Positions 12,364-25,795 of a stretch of DNA of 64,000 bases are shown one piece after another. The notes under the pieces were generated by a model. The model did not search any database and was not told the origin of the DNA. It worked only from the letters and a program-made list of their open reading frames with translations. Each line of letters opens with the position of its first letter. Positions within the stretch are counted from its first letter, which is position 1. The DNA is from Vicugna vicugna (Eukaryota), in assembly GCA_013265495.1 (NCBI GenBank), contig MU057718.1, positions 1 to 64,000 of the forward strand, given 5' to 3'. The position numbers and the translations under genes were made by a program.

Positions 12364-14195
12364 GACTTCAAAACAAAACCTATCCAAATCAATGTAAATC
12401 ATTACGCAGAACTAGTGAAGGTATTGAGCTGATTTACTGGCTACCAATAAACAATGTTCCACTGAATTAGTGCATTTATTTAACACTTATTGTGTACTGC
12501 TCCCATATCGTATACTGTTACCTGTTATCCCATATCCCACTCCCGTTACCGCACCACTCTTCTTCAGCTCCCCTGACTCTGTCCCTTCCAAAACTTTCTA
12601 CTTTGCCTCTGAAAACCCCTTCTATGATAGCAAACTTCCTTATATTCTCAAGCCATCAATGAATTCTTCCACCATCAACTTCCTTGCCTGCTGTCTACCT
12701 GCTCGACTCCCCTGACAAAACCACACCTGCTTTTCATTGTGGCTAAATCCCAGGTGATGAATTCTTCTGGACATAATCACACAAATTTACAAACTTGTAT
12801 CACCTATAAATTATGATGTCTAGCCCCCACGGTTATGTAATGTTTATCAACTCGACCTAACCTTTGTCACTCTCCACATATTTTCAAATCCTTCATCTTA
12901 TCACTCACTTGCAATAAACTACTTCACCCTAACATACCAAGAAAGAGATCAAAACATCAGTTATATTTCACTGAACTCTCTGCTATCAAACTAATGGACT
13001 TACTGCACCTAATCCTTTCTCCTTCTCTCTCAGTATCACAATTAAAATAAGACCCTCTCTTGCTCTTTCTCCAAATCCATCTATCTTGGCTCTAGACTGC
13101 CTCTACTCCAAACTGCCAAGACCCCAGGACTCCTCTTCCACTGATTTTAACTTTTTCAAGTACTACTATAACTCTCCCCTCAATTCGTCCTGCCAGTTTA
13201 GTAGAGTGCACAGGATTCATTTATTTGAAATGCATAGTACTCAAGACTATGGATTCTTGAGATTACATAAAGCGCTGTGCTTGTCAGAGTCGCAATGAGT
13301 CTCAGTGCGCACTGCTATTTTCTTAAACTTTTCTCTGACCTCTGGCAGTTCTGCCCACTGTCTCCTTGACATCTTGGCTGCTCTGACTTCACACTCTCAT
13401 AGTCTCCTTTGCAAGCTCCTCTTCTGCTGCAGTCTCTAAGTTGGCTTTCCCAAAGACTGGTCCTAGGTCCTCTTCTCACACTAGGTGCTGTTACTGGGTG
13501 ATCACAACCATTCACAGTGTTTTTCCTACCACATTTAAGCGGACAGTCTTTATCTCCAGCCTAACGTGATACACTAAGTTTCAGGCTCATACATCAAAAC
13601 CTTCAGGATGTCTTCATCTGAATGTCATAAGTCACCTCTAGCTCACATCTGAACCTGAACTTAACCATCTTCTCTGCCACCCCATCCCCCCTGCACCCTG
13701 TCAGGCTCCTCCTGTCGAGTTCCCAGTCTCAATACAGGCATTTTCACACACCTGAAAAACTAGATGGCACTTTAAACTTCTCCTTGCTATCGTCTTCCCA
13801 TATCCAAATATCCCTGCCAAAAAAAAAATCCAAACTTCCAAGTATCAGCTACTATCAATCTACCTACGAATGTTTCCACGTCTCTCCCTTTGCACTGTGA
13901 CTTTCCCAGGACAGGACACTGACTTCTCATCTAGAATATTGCAGTGACTTCTTTACTCATCACTCACCTTCCAGTCTTGCTCTATCAGTAGAGTTTATTT
14001 ACCTTACGGTAGCCAGGATAATCTTTCTTAAATACAATTGTGGCCATGAGTTTCCTTCCCTGGACTGCTCACTGTGCTTAGTATAAAATGGCTTCATGCC
14101 CTTGGTCCTCATTTGTGGCCATTCCTTCTTCAAATGCTAGCCTCTGACCACACTGAAGCTCTTTATGTTCAGCAAAAGCAAGTTCATACATAGCT

Positions 14196-14360
14196 CACAG
14201 GATCAGCCTTTTGTAGCCAAAGGTTTTGCATCCACGGAACCACTCAATCATGGGTCTAATTCAATTCCCATTTTATATAAGGGACTTGGCGCATCCACAG
14301 ATATTGGTACCTGTGGGGATCCTGGAACCAATCCCAAGCGGATACTGAAGGATGACTGTA
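14196..14360. mobile_element. Tigger-family MITE (MER2/Tigger3-like)
   Basis: 'ggttttgcatccacggaacc...ttttatataagggacttggcgcatccacagatattggtacctgtggggatcctggaaccaatccc...ggatactgaaggatgactgta'. Confidence 0.6.
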
Positions 14361-14614
14361 CTCTGTTCACTCAGTCACCTGGCTAACAGCCGTTTGTCCC
14401 TCAGGTTGTGGCTTAGATAGATACCACATCTTCCTTGACCCACCACTACCACAAATTTAAGTCAGATTCCCTCCCAGTGTGCTGCCTCAGCACACAATTA
14501 ATTTCTTCAGGGAAGCACTTACCCTTTATCTTAACTGGTCATTTACTTTTCTCTGTCTCGTCCCCCAAATCCTGGCTATTAACCATAACAACAAGTCATT
14601 CAGGGCTACGTTTA

Positions 14615-14716
14615 TTCATTTGTTTGTTTGTTTGTTTGATAGAGGCACTGGGGATTGAACCCAGGACCTCGTGCATGCTGAACATGCACTCTACCACTGA
14701 GCTCCACCCTTCCCGC
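14615..14716 (-). mobile_element. Camelid tRNA-derived SINE (Vic-1-like)
   Basis: 'ggggattgaacccaggacctcgtgcatgctgaacatgcactctaccactgagct' with a (TTTG)n tail. Imperfect TSD 'tcagggctacgttta' (14600) versus 'tcaggactatgttta' (14717). Confidence 0.85.
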
Positions 14717-17100
14717 TCAGGACTATGTTTAGCTGTTATTTCCAGATCTCAGAACAATATCTGGTACACAGAAGGCATTCAAATATTTTCTCAAAGACAA
14801 GAAACTTGAAAAGAGCTACACACTTAAGAAAAGCCTATACCACCACTTTAGGTTGCTGATTCCTTAGTGCTTTGTATGCAAAATAAACAATATTTGCTGT
14901 AAATTACATTAATAAGTTTTAGAGGCCAGAAATTTAGAATACTTCCGTCATTAAATTTTCACTAGGTATCTAAAACTTATATCAAATGTGAACATCCTTG
15001 AGTCTCTGCTCCCACACTGTGGTCACACATTTCTTGGGCAAGTAGCATCTATTTCCTTAGCTTTCCCTTGCTAAGTGGCTTGTGCTCTCTGTTAATGAGG
15101 GCATCATAATGTGACTCTCTCACAGAAAACTATCTCCACTTGGTCCTTATGGAAATTTTAATATGGGTCATAATGAAAGAAGAAGTGAACTTTAAAGTCT
15201 TAAAAGAAGAAAAATTCAAGTCCTAGAACAGTCAGTGGCAATAAAACAGATTTCATACATAACAACTTAGAACAGGAAGGAGAATGCGAGATGGAGGAAA
15301 TTTAGCAATTGCTGATTAACGTAAGGAGAGGAGCTCGAACTGGTAACACACAGTCCATTCATCCATTGGTCACTTATGAATGGAGTCCATGGGCCAGGCA
15401 CTAGGCACACAAGTGGTTCCCACCCTCACAAAGCTTACATTATGCACAAGAAGACAAACAATAAGCGATGAAACTGAGGTAGGATTACACTTAAGAGTTA
15501 GTACTGTGAAGGAATCAAGGATGTCAGAACAAGGGCAGGAGAGAAGGCCCAGAGTTTAGAGCTGGTTTCACATATTTGAGCAAGGAATGCAGCTATGAAC
15601 ATTACAACCAAGAGTGCCAAGGAAAACCACAAAGAGCTGTAAACCAGGAAAAGAAGATCTTTTTTCCTCCCTAAGATGATTTCAGCTAAGTAGATCCAAG
15701 AGCAGAGTTTAAAAGTAATTAAGATGACTCAGACAGCGTCCTATACTTTGGCTAGGTATCTTCAGCAGAGCAAACTCATCTTTTACTCAGATCTAAATCC
15801 ACTTCTACAAGCAGCATTTTGCAGGAAAGAGGGAGGCACTTTTGTCTTGCCACTTTAGCAAAGCTATATTTTAACTAAACTCTGACTCAAGCGCACCTTT
15901 CAAATCTTTTGATCGCACAATACTTTGCCTAACCCGTTGGTTCTTTCCTTAGGTCAAAGAAATAGAAATGAAGAAGAAGTAATTAACAGATGACCAGATT
16001 GCTTCCCTACCTCCCCTTTCAGTAATCTCCTGAACAGACTGTGTGAACACGACAGCGTCTAAGGAAAGATCTCAAGGAGTCGACAAGCCTGCACACAGTG
16101 GGAGAAGGTGACGCGTCTGATTCTTCATCTCAGTGATCAACTGAGATTACTTCTCCTTTTTTCTGTTTAGAAACTTCCACGGCCAAGTAGACTCTTTAAA
16201 GTCTAAAAGAGGACACGAGTCTGCCTTCTCCCCAGATTGCCAGCCTTTGCAACATTTCCATTCCTACCAGCACTTGTCTCTCCAGTATTGACTTTTCCGG
16301 CCACAATTAGCCAAGCCTGAGTTTGGCAACACCTCTGCTATACAAAAAACCATACTAAACATCATAATAGGACAACATCATTTTATTATATCAGTAAACT
16401 AGTTTATTTAATTTAATTATTACCAGAGGCAAAAAAAAAAATAGAGTAGGTAGGATATTCTGAACGTCTTGTGTTTTTTTTTAAGTAGGTTACTAAATAT
16501 TTTATACATGAAGCTAGAAAGAAAGCTTTGAAACAGATATTATACAAAAAGGCATTACATTAAGTAATTATCTGAGTACTATAAAAGCTTTAAGTAAGAA
16601 GGCATATAAAATTGAAGCTAAAAACTCTGGCAAAATGTAACAATATGCTATTCTCAAAAGATACCTAAGAGAGGAAAACATTCTTTCATCGTGAGCAACA
16701 TTCCAATCTCTCATGAACTTGGGGAAACAACTAGCCATTCTGAGACTATTACTTTATTAGTAGGATACGTTTCCCTAAATCTTGTTTTCAGTTTAAAAGA
16801 AAATGATTACTTTTTCATTTAATTAAATCATTAAAAGTTCCATGCTATGAATGAATAATCGTGAGTAGTTGAACAAACAGTTTTACTTCTTTTTATGGCT
16901 TCAATTGAATTACAGGCTATGTGTCAAATAGTAATTAATAAGTTTTGATCAAAGATCTTGGAATTTAAGACAGTAACTTTTGTATATGACCAAATTGAGT
17001 AGAGTACAGAGGAAATGTAATACTTTCTATGCTGTTTTCTATTTGAAAAATAAAGCAGTTAAATAAATTCACATGGAAAATATGCCCTAAGATTTTATAG

Positions 17101-17169
<69 letters not shown>
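17101..17169. repeat. Compound (TA)n(TG)n(TA)n microsatellite
   Basis: Directly visible. Confidence 0.95.
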
Positions 17170-17173
<4 letters not shown>

Positions 17174-18110
17174 AAACAGTTCTTTTTTTTCTGCCCTCAC
17201 CCACTTTCCTGAACCAGCCATGAAAGTAAACCAATCATATGCAGTTTTCTCTCTAATATTCCTGTTATGTGGCTATTTTTGCTAATTCTCTCCAGAACAC
17301 TCAGAATCACTTAACTCAGTAATGTACTGTTTTTCTATAAATGTTAAAATACAGATCTGAGAAATTAAAGACCTATTTGTTTACTTATGAAACATATAAC
17401 AGGGATTTTTTTTTAATCAAACAAAAAAAAAAATCGCTTCCATGCAGGGAAACCACTGATTAAGTCCAGTGTTTGACTTCTTACAAAATGAGTCATCCAG
17501 TTGCCACAAATTCCCTTGTGGGAAAAATGGGTAAAAGGCTTCAAATATGTGGAGAATGCCGTCAAAGACATATATTGAAATAAACATACTAGAAAGGTGA
17601 TGATTTTTTTCAAGTAAATATGACAACCCCATTAAAATGCAACACACGATTTTTTGCATAAAGAAAACCTAAGATGAAATAGATGCCTTAGATAAAATAC
17701 TTACATATACAAATCATAAAACCCACTATGGTTAGTAACCTTTATGGCTTTGAAGAACTAGGTATTTACATATCCTTCTTTCTGCATGTGCGTGTGCGTA
17801 TGTGTGTTTTGTATATATTTTTAACAGTTGACAGCTGTTTTAGAGCATACAGAGATGCCAAGCTGAATGAGGGTCTTGATTTAAAAATAAAACATTACTA
17901 CAAATATAGCAGAAATTAAAGAAATAGAAAAAAAATTGTGTAATATTATGGCAAAATTTTTGAAAAGTTAGGCAAAATGGATGAATTCTAAGAAAACTAA
18001 AACTTACCAAGAGTTACCCAAAACAAAGTAGACAGTATAACTACATATATAATCATTAAAGAAATTGAGTAAGCAGTTTAAAATCTCCCTCCCTTCAAAA
18101 CAAGAAGAAA

Positions 18111-19130
18111 CTATGTGTCTGTTTTGGTACCAATACCATGCTGTCTTGATGCCTGTAGCTCTATAGTATTGTCTGAAGTCTGGGAGAGTTATTCACCAAG
18201 GAAGACATACAAATGATCAAAAAGCACATGAAAAAATGCTCAATATCACTAATTATCAGAGAAATGTAAATCAAAACTACAATGAGGTATCACCTCACAC
18301 CAGTCAGAATGGCCGTCATTCAAAAATCCACAAATGACAAATGCTGGAGAGGCTGCGGAGAAAGGGGAACCCTCCTACACTGCTGGTGGGAATGCAGTTT
18401 GGTGCAGCCACTGTGGAAAACAGTGTGGAGATTCCTCAAAAGACTAGGAATAGACTTATCATATGACCCAGGAATCCCACTCCTGGGCTTGTATCCAGAA
18501 GGAACCCTACTTCAGGATGACACCTGCACCCCAATGTTCATAGCAGCACTATTTACAATAGCCAAAACATGGAAACAGCCTAAATGTCCATCAACAGGTG
18601 ACTGGATAAAGAAGATGTGGTATATTTATACAATGGAATACTACTCAGCCATAAAACCCGACAACATAATGCCATTTGCAGCAACATGGATGCTCCTAGA
18701 GAATGTCATTCTAAGTGAAGTAAGCCAGAAAGGGAAAGAAAAATACTGTATGAGATCGCTCATATGTGGAATCTAAAAAACAAAAACAAACAAACAAACA
18801 AAAACAAAGCATAAATACAGGACAGAAATAGACTCACAGACAGAGAATACAGACTTGTGGTTACCAGGGGGGTGGAGGGTGGGAAGGGATAGACTGGGAT
18901 TTCAAAATTGTAGAATAGATAAACAAGATTACACTGTATAGCACAGGGAAATATACACAAAATGTTATGATAAATCACAGAGAAAAAAATGTGACAATGA
19001 GTGTGTATATGTCCATGAATGACTGAAAAATTGTGCTGAACACTGGAATTTAACACAACATTGTAAAATGATTATAAATCAATAAAAAATGTCAAAAAAA
19101 CAAACAAACAAAAAACCTAAAGAAAAATAA
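18111..19130 (+). mobile_element. Young lineage-specific L1, 5'-truncated with 5' inversion
   Basis: The open ORF 18282-18776 is the ORF2 C-terminus (YHLTPVRMA...[18 protein letters not shown]). A 3'UTR, AATAAA at 19081 and an A-rich tail follow. 18111-18194 is antisense ORF2. Confidence 0.92.
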
Positions 19131-19719
19131 AATAAGAGTCTTGACATCTGAGCAAAGATAAGCAATTGTTACATCCAAAGTGGAAGAAATGAGCATGGAA
19201 ATGTCCTGGAGGCTGGGCCATATCTATTAATTACATTCCATAACCCTCCAGCCTTATCTAACACAATTAACCTTATTACATACAAGTAGACACAAGTTCA
19301 TGGAGGTTAAGTTACTTGCCTAACTTCACCCAGCCTGTTAGTAACAGACATATGATATGATCAAATATAAGCAAATTTTGGTTTCAAGGTCCATGCTTAT
19401 TATTGTACTAAATGATTTATTTAAATAGTACTAAAAATTCAGATTTTGAGACTAGAAAGAGAGCATGTGTCAGTATGGTGACACTCACCAATATTGACAA
19501 TTGATCATTCTTTGTCTTTCCTCAAGTGAGTGATAGTAAAAACATATATAGACTAATAAACCTAATGAGTTCTTTAAATGAACTTTTTATTTTTGAATAA
19601 TTTGGGATTCACAGAAAAACATATAAAGATAGTACAAATATTTTGCTTATATACCTCACTAATTTTTCTTTAATTTACATTATTATGGTTATTGTTAAAC
19701 TAAGAAACTAAAAAAATAC

Positions 19720-20882
19720 AGATAGAAAAAAAGAAACACACACTAACAATATCATAAAAGATAGAGGGGATAATACTGTAGATCTCATAGACATTAATGA
19801 TACTTAGTTGTGAAAAAATAAATTCTTCCCTCTAAGGTGGAGAAAAAGGTAGGAAGTTGACTCTCCCCATTCTTATGTACAAATTACTAAAATTCCTAGT
19901 TAACACAGTAAGGCAGGAGAAAGAAGGCACATAGACTGGAAAGAATTTAACTGTCCCTATGTGAAGATTACATGAATTTTCTACATATAACATACAAAAG
20001 ACTCTGAACAAAAATGAACAAAAAACCCATAAATTTTCTAGAAGTTAGAAGTGAGTAAGCAAGCTCATAGAATGCAAGGTTAACACAAAAATGAATTGAA
20101 AATTTATATAATAGCAATGAACTACCGAAGAATAACAAAAAAAAAAACTTACAATAGTGCCACAAAAATCTAAAAACTAAGGTATAAATGTAGCCAAACA
20201 AATGTAAAATCTTTATGCTGAAATCTTCAAAAAAAAAAAAACAGCTATTTAAATAAATCAGAGAAAAAGTTTGCAAATTATAAATTAAGCTGAGAACCTC
20301 TTCCAGAATATCAAAAAAGAAACCCTTAAAATTCAATAATTAAAAAAAACTAGTTTTTAAAAATGAACAAAATACTTAACAAAAAAATTTATACATGCAA
20401 TTAAGCACTAGAAAATATACTCAGACTCAATTGTCATTAGATAAAAATTAAGACATCAATAAAATGACATTTTAAACCTATTAAAATGGATTTTAAAAAT
20501 GAATAGTACCAAATGCTGGTACAATTTCAGAGCCACTGGAAAGTTCCTACATAGCTGAGGGGAATGTAAAATGGTAGATACACTTTGGAGTACAGTCTGG
20601 CAGTTTCTTATAAAGTTATACAATATAACCTAATAACCCAGTTTGTATTACTCAATAATTTACCTTTACACAAAAAAATCTTTATGCCAATGCTTATAGA
20701 GACTTTATGTATTATTGCCAAAAACTAGAAACCCAAATTTTTCTCAGCTGTAGAACTGACATCTATAATATTTGATAAAACACTACTCAGTAATAAAAAG
20801 GATTGAACTACTACTGATACACACAGCAACATAAATTAATTTTAAATGTATGAGCAAAGTAAAGAAGCCAGAATAAAAGGTG
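19720..20882 (+). mobile_element. Old decayed L1 ORF2/3' fragments
   Basis: 'agttagaagtgagtaagcaagctcatagaatgcaaggttaacacaaaa', 'gggaatgtaaaatggtagatacactttggag', 'actactcagtaataaaaagg'. Confidence 0.7.
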
Positions 20883-21088
20883 ACACATCATTAGACAATG
20901 GAGGCAGTGGGAAAACATATTATCACAATAGCTTTAAAATGTGAAGTATCCACCTTGAGTGATTAGCTCAGCTTGTCTTGGCATTGGGAAAAAAAATCAT
21001 CACCTTTATCTTGGTCAGAATGGCCATTACCAAAAAAGTCTACAAATAAATGTTGGCAAGGATGTGGAGAAAAGGGAACCCTTGTACA
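20883..21088. repeat. Mosaic junction built from short copies of distant sequence
   Basis: 20883-20920 is the reverse complement of 50629-50666 (38/38). 20918-20932 matches 48490-48504 (14/15). 20933-21014 matches 48648-48729 (78/82). An L1 ORF2 piece of about 75 bp follows. Confidence 0.88.
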
Positions 21089-23869
21089 TAGAAAATGGGC
21101 TCCAAATAATCTAACAAATGAATGATAAAGTGAGCCTAAGAAACCATCTCTGAAGATTAGGCAGAATTTCAATTACACATAAAGCTAAAATGAAAAACTC
21201 TCTTAAAATTGCATGGCAATAAATATGTTCAATTAAGCACAACTATAACTAAACATAGTTTGGGTCATCATGTTCTAGGAATAGAAGGGGCTTACGATTG
21301 CCCAGTTCAGATTGCCCTCATTTTATACACGAGGATCATATCAATTGCTTGAATAAATTGCTGAGGTAGCTAGGTAAAATGACAGTAGCAGGACAAAGTT
21401 TTCTGATCCCCACTGTAGTGTTCTTTCAATCTAATATTGGATTTATTCCACAATCACTGCAAACAGAAATTAAAATAAACTATTTAAGGGGCTTAAATTA
21501 CATTAATGAAAATTTCAAATCTTTTCACAAAAAAACCTGATAGCTGTGTTATTTTATTTAGCATTCAATTTAATATTAATATTTAATAATTAATTTCTTC
21601 TAAAATTTAAAATCAGAGATTCATCATAAAAGAAACAAAAGGTAGATTATGCTTTCTTTATCATTTAATAAACCTTCTCTATCAAGACAATGAAAAGACA
21701 GACTGAAATCATATAAACAGATTGCTATGACTGAAATGCTTGCACAATTCCTCCAAAACAAACAAAACAAAACCACAAAAGCCATAATACTTCTCAAGCT
21801 AAGTAAACTGTAATACTGTCAAAATGGTTTGAAGTAGGTCATCTAAAAAAAGTAACCCTGAAGTGACACAGTAACATCACTGCAACAGCCATCAGGTGAA
21901 AAATGGTTTTTGATTAGTATTGTGAAAAAAAGCACTCGTTTGACATTTTCTTCCCCAGTGTCAGTCACAACACCAGTCTGAATGCAAGCTTATGCATTTA
22001 ATTTGAGGAAACTACTCAGCCAATTAAACTTGAAATACTAGCAAGATATTCTTAAAGCATGATAGGTGTGTGAAGCATCACACACAAAAAGAGCTTTAAG
22101 TGTATATATTAAACACTCTCCAAGTATAAGGAGCACTGACGCTATCAGCATCAGAGTAAGACGCTATCAGCATCCACCAGTAAGGAAATAGTCACAGCTC
22201 TATTTGGCAAATTTACATGCAAAGGGGTGGGGGGAAGGGGAAAATGAAGCAACAGAAACAAATATTAGGTCAATCTGAAAAAGACGCTTGGATCTGATAT
22301 TTGGTTTACTATTTCCAGAACATAAAGAGCTAACGTATTAAAACAAATGGGTAAAGGGTAGAATATTTTAATTTAGAATGTATAAACAGAACGAACTTTT
22401 CAAATCTGCAAGCCTTTGCTTATGCTTTATAAACTGTAACCTCTCTTAAGCAAATTGGTATTAGGACTCACTCGTTCACTTTGTTATAATATTGTAGATG
22501 ATAGATTTTATAGAAGCTGATGTGAATCCTTCCAAGAGGGAATTAAAGTAAATGTTACCTACATGTCACATGTCCACTCTCCAGATGAAATAAGAATTTT
22601 TGAAGACTCAGAAGAGGCACAGTGTAGGCAAGTGCTTCCATGTAAATTTCCATGACGTTCTGGGAGCTGGACATACAAGCATCTCATGCTCCTCTGTTAC
22701 TAAGAATAAAGAATAGTCTTTAAAAGGCTTGTGATAGTTTTACTGAGGACATCAGTAAAAGTTTCAACTTAAAATTTACTTGTTTTCCTACTCCATTTCC
22801 TCTGAGTTCAGGGAACACAACTAACAGGGCACATTAGAATGTAACCTTTGAACGTAACAGTGTGAAACATCACTTCCTGGGCAGAGATGGCACTCCAGGA
22901 ACAGTCAGTCCCTGTTAAAGAGAACACACACTCGACACTGCTCATTAGTGCTGGCGCACTCTTCTCCATGCCCTCATCTGTCCTGAAGATTGTTTAAAAA
23001 TCCGAGTTATTAGTCTTTATTTGGGAAAGGATCTGTTTAATATCTTTAAGAGGAGAAATCATTCATCCATACACTCTACACTGGAGCGTGATAATTCCTA
23101 CTCCCCATGCAAGTTACTGACAACCTCCACGAACTTAGAGGCTACAAATCAGGAAGCGGGCAGCTCCCGTGCAACCCTGTTGATTTCTGTTTACAACCTA
23201 TCCAGCTGAGAACGTTAGCCAGTCAGGGGAGAAACTAGGTGATGGGTCAGATAGTAGGAAAACGTAACAGCTTAAAGACAGAAAATAGCACAATGACAAA
23301 TTAAAGCACCCTGTGGTTATAAAACACGGGTTGAATATAAAATTAACCTTTAAAAAATTTAATATTCCTGAATGTTCACTTCATTTTAATTTGAACCTTC
23401 TGTGAAACACTAAAAGAAAAATTAAAATGATATTCGACTAAAGATTATGATTTTTTAAATTAAACAGAAATTAAAATTTTGTAAATAAAAAGTTGAAAGT
23501 ATAGGTTTCTACAATTATAAAAGTCACAAGGTAAGAAAATGAAGCAAAATTCTGAACTTTCTTAGATTTATTTAACCTAAAATCGTGACATAAAATCTAT
23601 AACAGTTAATCTCAAACATCATCCAGCATAAAATATCTTTGATGTGTTTCCTAAGAAACTCTGACACCATTCACCAGCGTGGAATTCAGTAGGCCAGTAG
23701 GGCCCAAAGGCCATCTAATAGGTTCCCTGTATCTACACATGTATTTTTCCTCATTAAGAAAACCGTTTTCCCTGAATAACACATCCCAGACCATAAACAC
23801 TTCTAATTTCAACAGTCTTCATAAAAAGGCTTTTATTCATTCATTCAGTAGTCATTCTTTCAGGCACTG

Positions 23870-24450
23870 CTCTAAGCGAAGAGGTCCTTAGCTTTCACAG
23901 AGCTTAGATTTTAGTGGGGAAAGACGTACAAGAAACAAAAAACAGTATCAGACGACAATGAGACTATGAAGATATCTGAAACAGAACATCCTGACAGAAA
24001 GGGACTTGATGACTTATTTAGATTTGAGTGGTCAAGGACCCCAACTCTGAGAAGATAACATTTGCCCAGATGACAAAATAGAGCCAGCTGAGTAAGACTG
24101 GAGGGAAAACCATTTTGAGCAGAAGAAACCCTAAATTCCAAATTAACTTGGAAAGTTTTAGGAATAGAAAAAAAGACAAATGTGCCTTACATACATTATG
24201 GACAATAGAGCATTTAGTAGAACGTGAGATCTGAGAGGAAGGTAGGAGCCAGATCACCTAGTGCTTGATAAACTTGGATAAGGAGTTTGGATCTTATTCT
24301 AAATAGAATGAGAAAGCACTAGAGGATTTTAAGAGTAGAAGTCGTACAATATGACTTACCATCTAGGAACTGGATTGTAGGAGAGCAAAGCTCGGAGCAG
24401 GAGGAGCAGTTAGGAAGCCAGTGCCATAGCTCACATGAGAGATGATGACA
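23870..24450 (-). mobile_element. L2 relic
   Basis: 'agatctgagaggaaggtaggagccagatcacctagtgcttgataaacttggataaggagtttggatcttattct' is typical antisense L2. Confidence 0.55.
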
Positions 24451-25219
24451 GCGTGTCAGGCTGTGGTCAGGTCCACCCCGTAATAAGCCCATAGTAAGTG
24501 GACATAAGGTGAAAACCCACAGGCGCTGCAGGGCAGGCTCTGATCAAGTGAGAGGGGCCCACTGCGGGGGGAGCAAGACCCTCACGGCCAGGAAGCCAGG
24601 ACCGTAGCCTGTCAGACATCGCATTGCACTTGGGCTACAGATCTCATCAAACTTCAACAGAACCTCCCTGAAACATAGAGTAAGTAGACGACCTACACTC
24701 TTTCCCGTCTTGAAAATTACCTACCAGGAATTTTTCTTTTAACCTCGCCAGGGAAAAGTAGGGCCTTCCGTGGAGATTTGAACATAATTGTATTTATTAA
24801 TCCCAACAACCAGACAAAGCCAAAGAAAGCTAAAATTTCAGAAAACTTGAAGATGGTAGAGAAAAAGAATAAAAGAAAGACTTAGGTTAGCAGGTCCCAA
24901 TTACTCCTTAAGCACTCCTTTTGGTTCAACCTGTGCACAAATTGACAATGGCTAACTGAATATACATAGCTGGCACTCAAGAATATTTGCTGAATGAATT
25001 GCCCTTCCCATGGCAAATAACTAACTCACTAACTAAATAACTAACTAACTAATTAACTAAATAAATAAATAAGGAATAAGACCGAGACAAAGGAATTCTC
25101 TAGGAACCATTCCCTTCAGGCTACTTTTGTAAAATAACTAGTTCAGCTCTACTAATTTGTAATCTGTGACCTTTCAAACTGAAGCTATAGTCAGTGCTTT
25201 TAAAAGGCTATTATGATTA

Positions 25220-25450
25220 ATAATAACTAATAGTTTATTGAGCACTTATGGTGTATAAGACCACATACTAAGTATTTTGCATGTAATAGTTCATTTAATC
25301 TTTAAAGCAACTTTATCAGACTGAAACTATTATCCTTATTTTCAAATGAAGAGATTGAGGCTTAAGGGCATAAAGTAACTTGTCAGCTATCACCCTGCTT
25401 GGGCTTGTAAGCAAAGTCTGTCTAAAGTTAAGGCCCAGTGATGTTAACCA
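25220..25450 (-). mobile_element. MIR SINE
   Basis: 'tttattgagcactta...tcatttaatcttt...tattatccttattttcaaatgaagagattgaggcttaagggcataaagtaacttgtc'. Confidence 0.7.
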
Positions 25451-25561
25451 CAACGTGGTGCTTCATTTAAAACCTTAAATAGCACCAACTAAGAACACTG
25501 ACTAGCACTTTATAGCCTTTAGAGTAGAGTATAGAAGTAACTAAATAAATCTGTTGTAATC

Positions 25562-25795
25562 ACAGCTGACCCTTGAACAACACGGGTTAGAACTGCGCAG
25601 GTCCACTCACGTGATGATCTTTTCAATAGTGACACTGCAGCAGTACATGACCCCAAACTGATCCGGCCCACGGCTACAGAATCGTGGATAAAGAGGAACT
25701 GGGTTTACGAGGACTGACTGTAAGTTATACACAGATTTTTGATTGTGGGAAGGAAACTTGCCCCTAACTCCTGTGTTATTCAAGGGTCAAATGTA
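25562..25795. mobile_element. Tigger2-family MITE
   Basis: Terminal inverted repeats 'cagctgacccttgaacaacac' and 'gtgttattcaagggtcaaatgta'. Confidence 0.75.

Larger units (their letters stand above)
12600..14790 (+). mobile_element. L2 LINE relic, interrupted by a Tigger MITE and a SINE
   Basis: Pyrimidine-rich L2 text ('ggtcctaggtcctcttctc', 'tatctccagcc', 'tctcatctagaatattgcagtgacttc') and a 3' end 'tggtacacagaaggcattcaaatatt' at about 14762-14787. Confidence 0.65.

Noticed and set aside
14640..14712. tRNA gene
   Set aside because: It has a simple-repeat tail and TSD, so it is a tRNA-derived SINE; the same applies to 11581-11739.
18282..18776. 164-aa ORF as a host gene
   Set aside because: It is the L1 ORF2p C-terminal cysteine-rich region of a truncated element.
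22472..22699. Possible minus-strand exon with AG/GT borders
   Set aside because: Stops in all frames and no recognisable product; splice-like motifs alone are insufficient.
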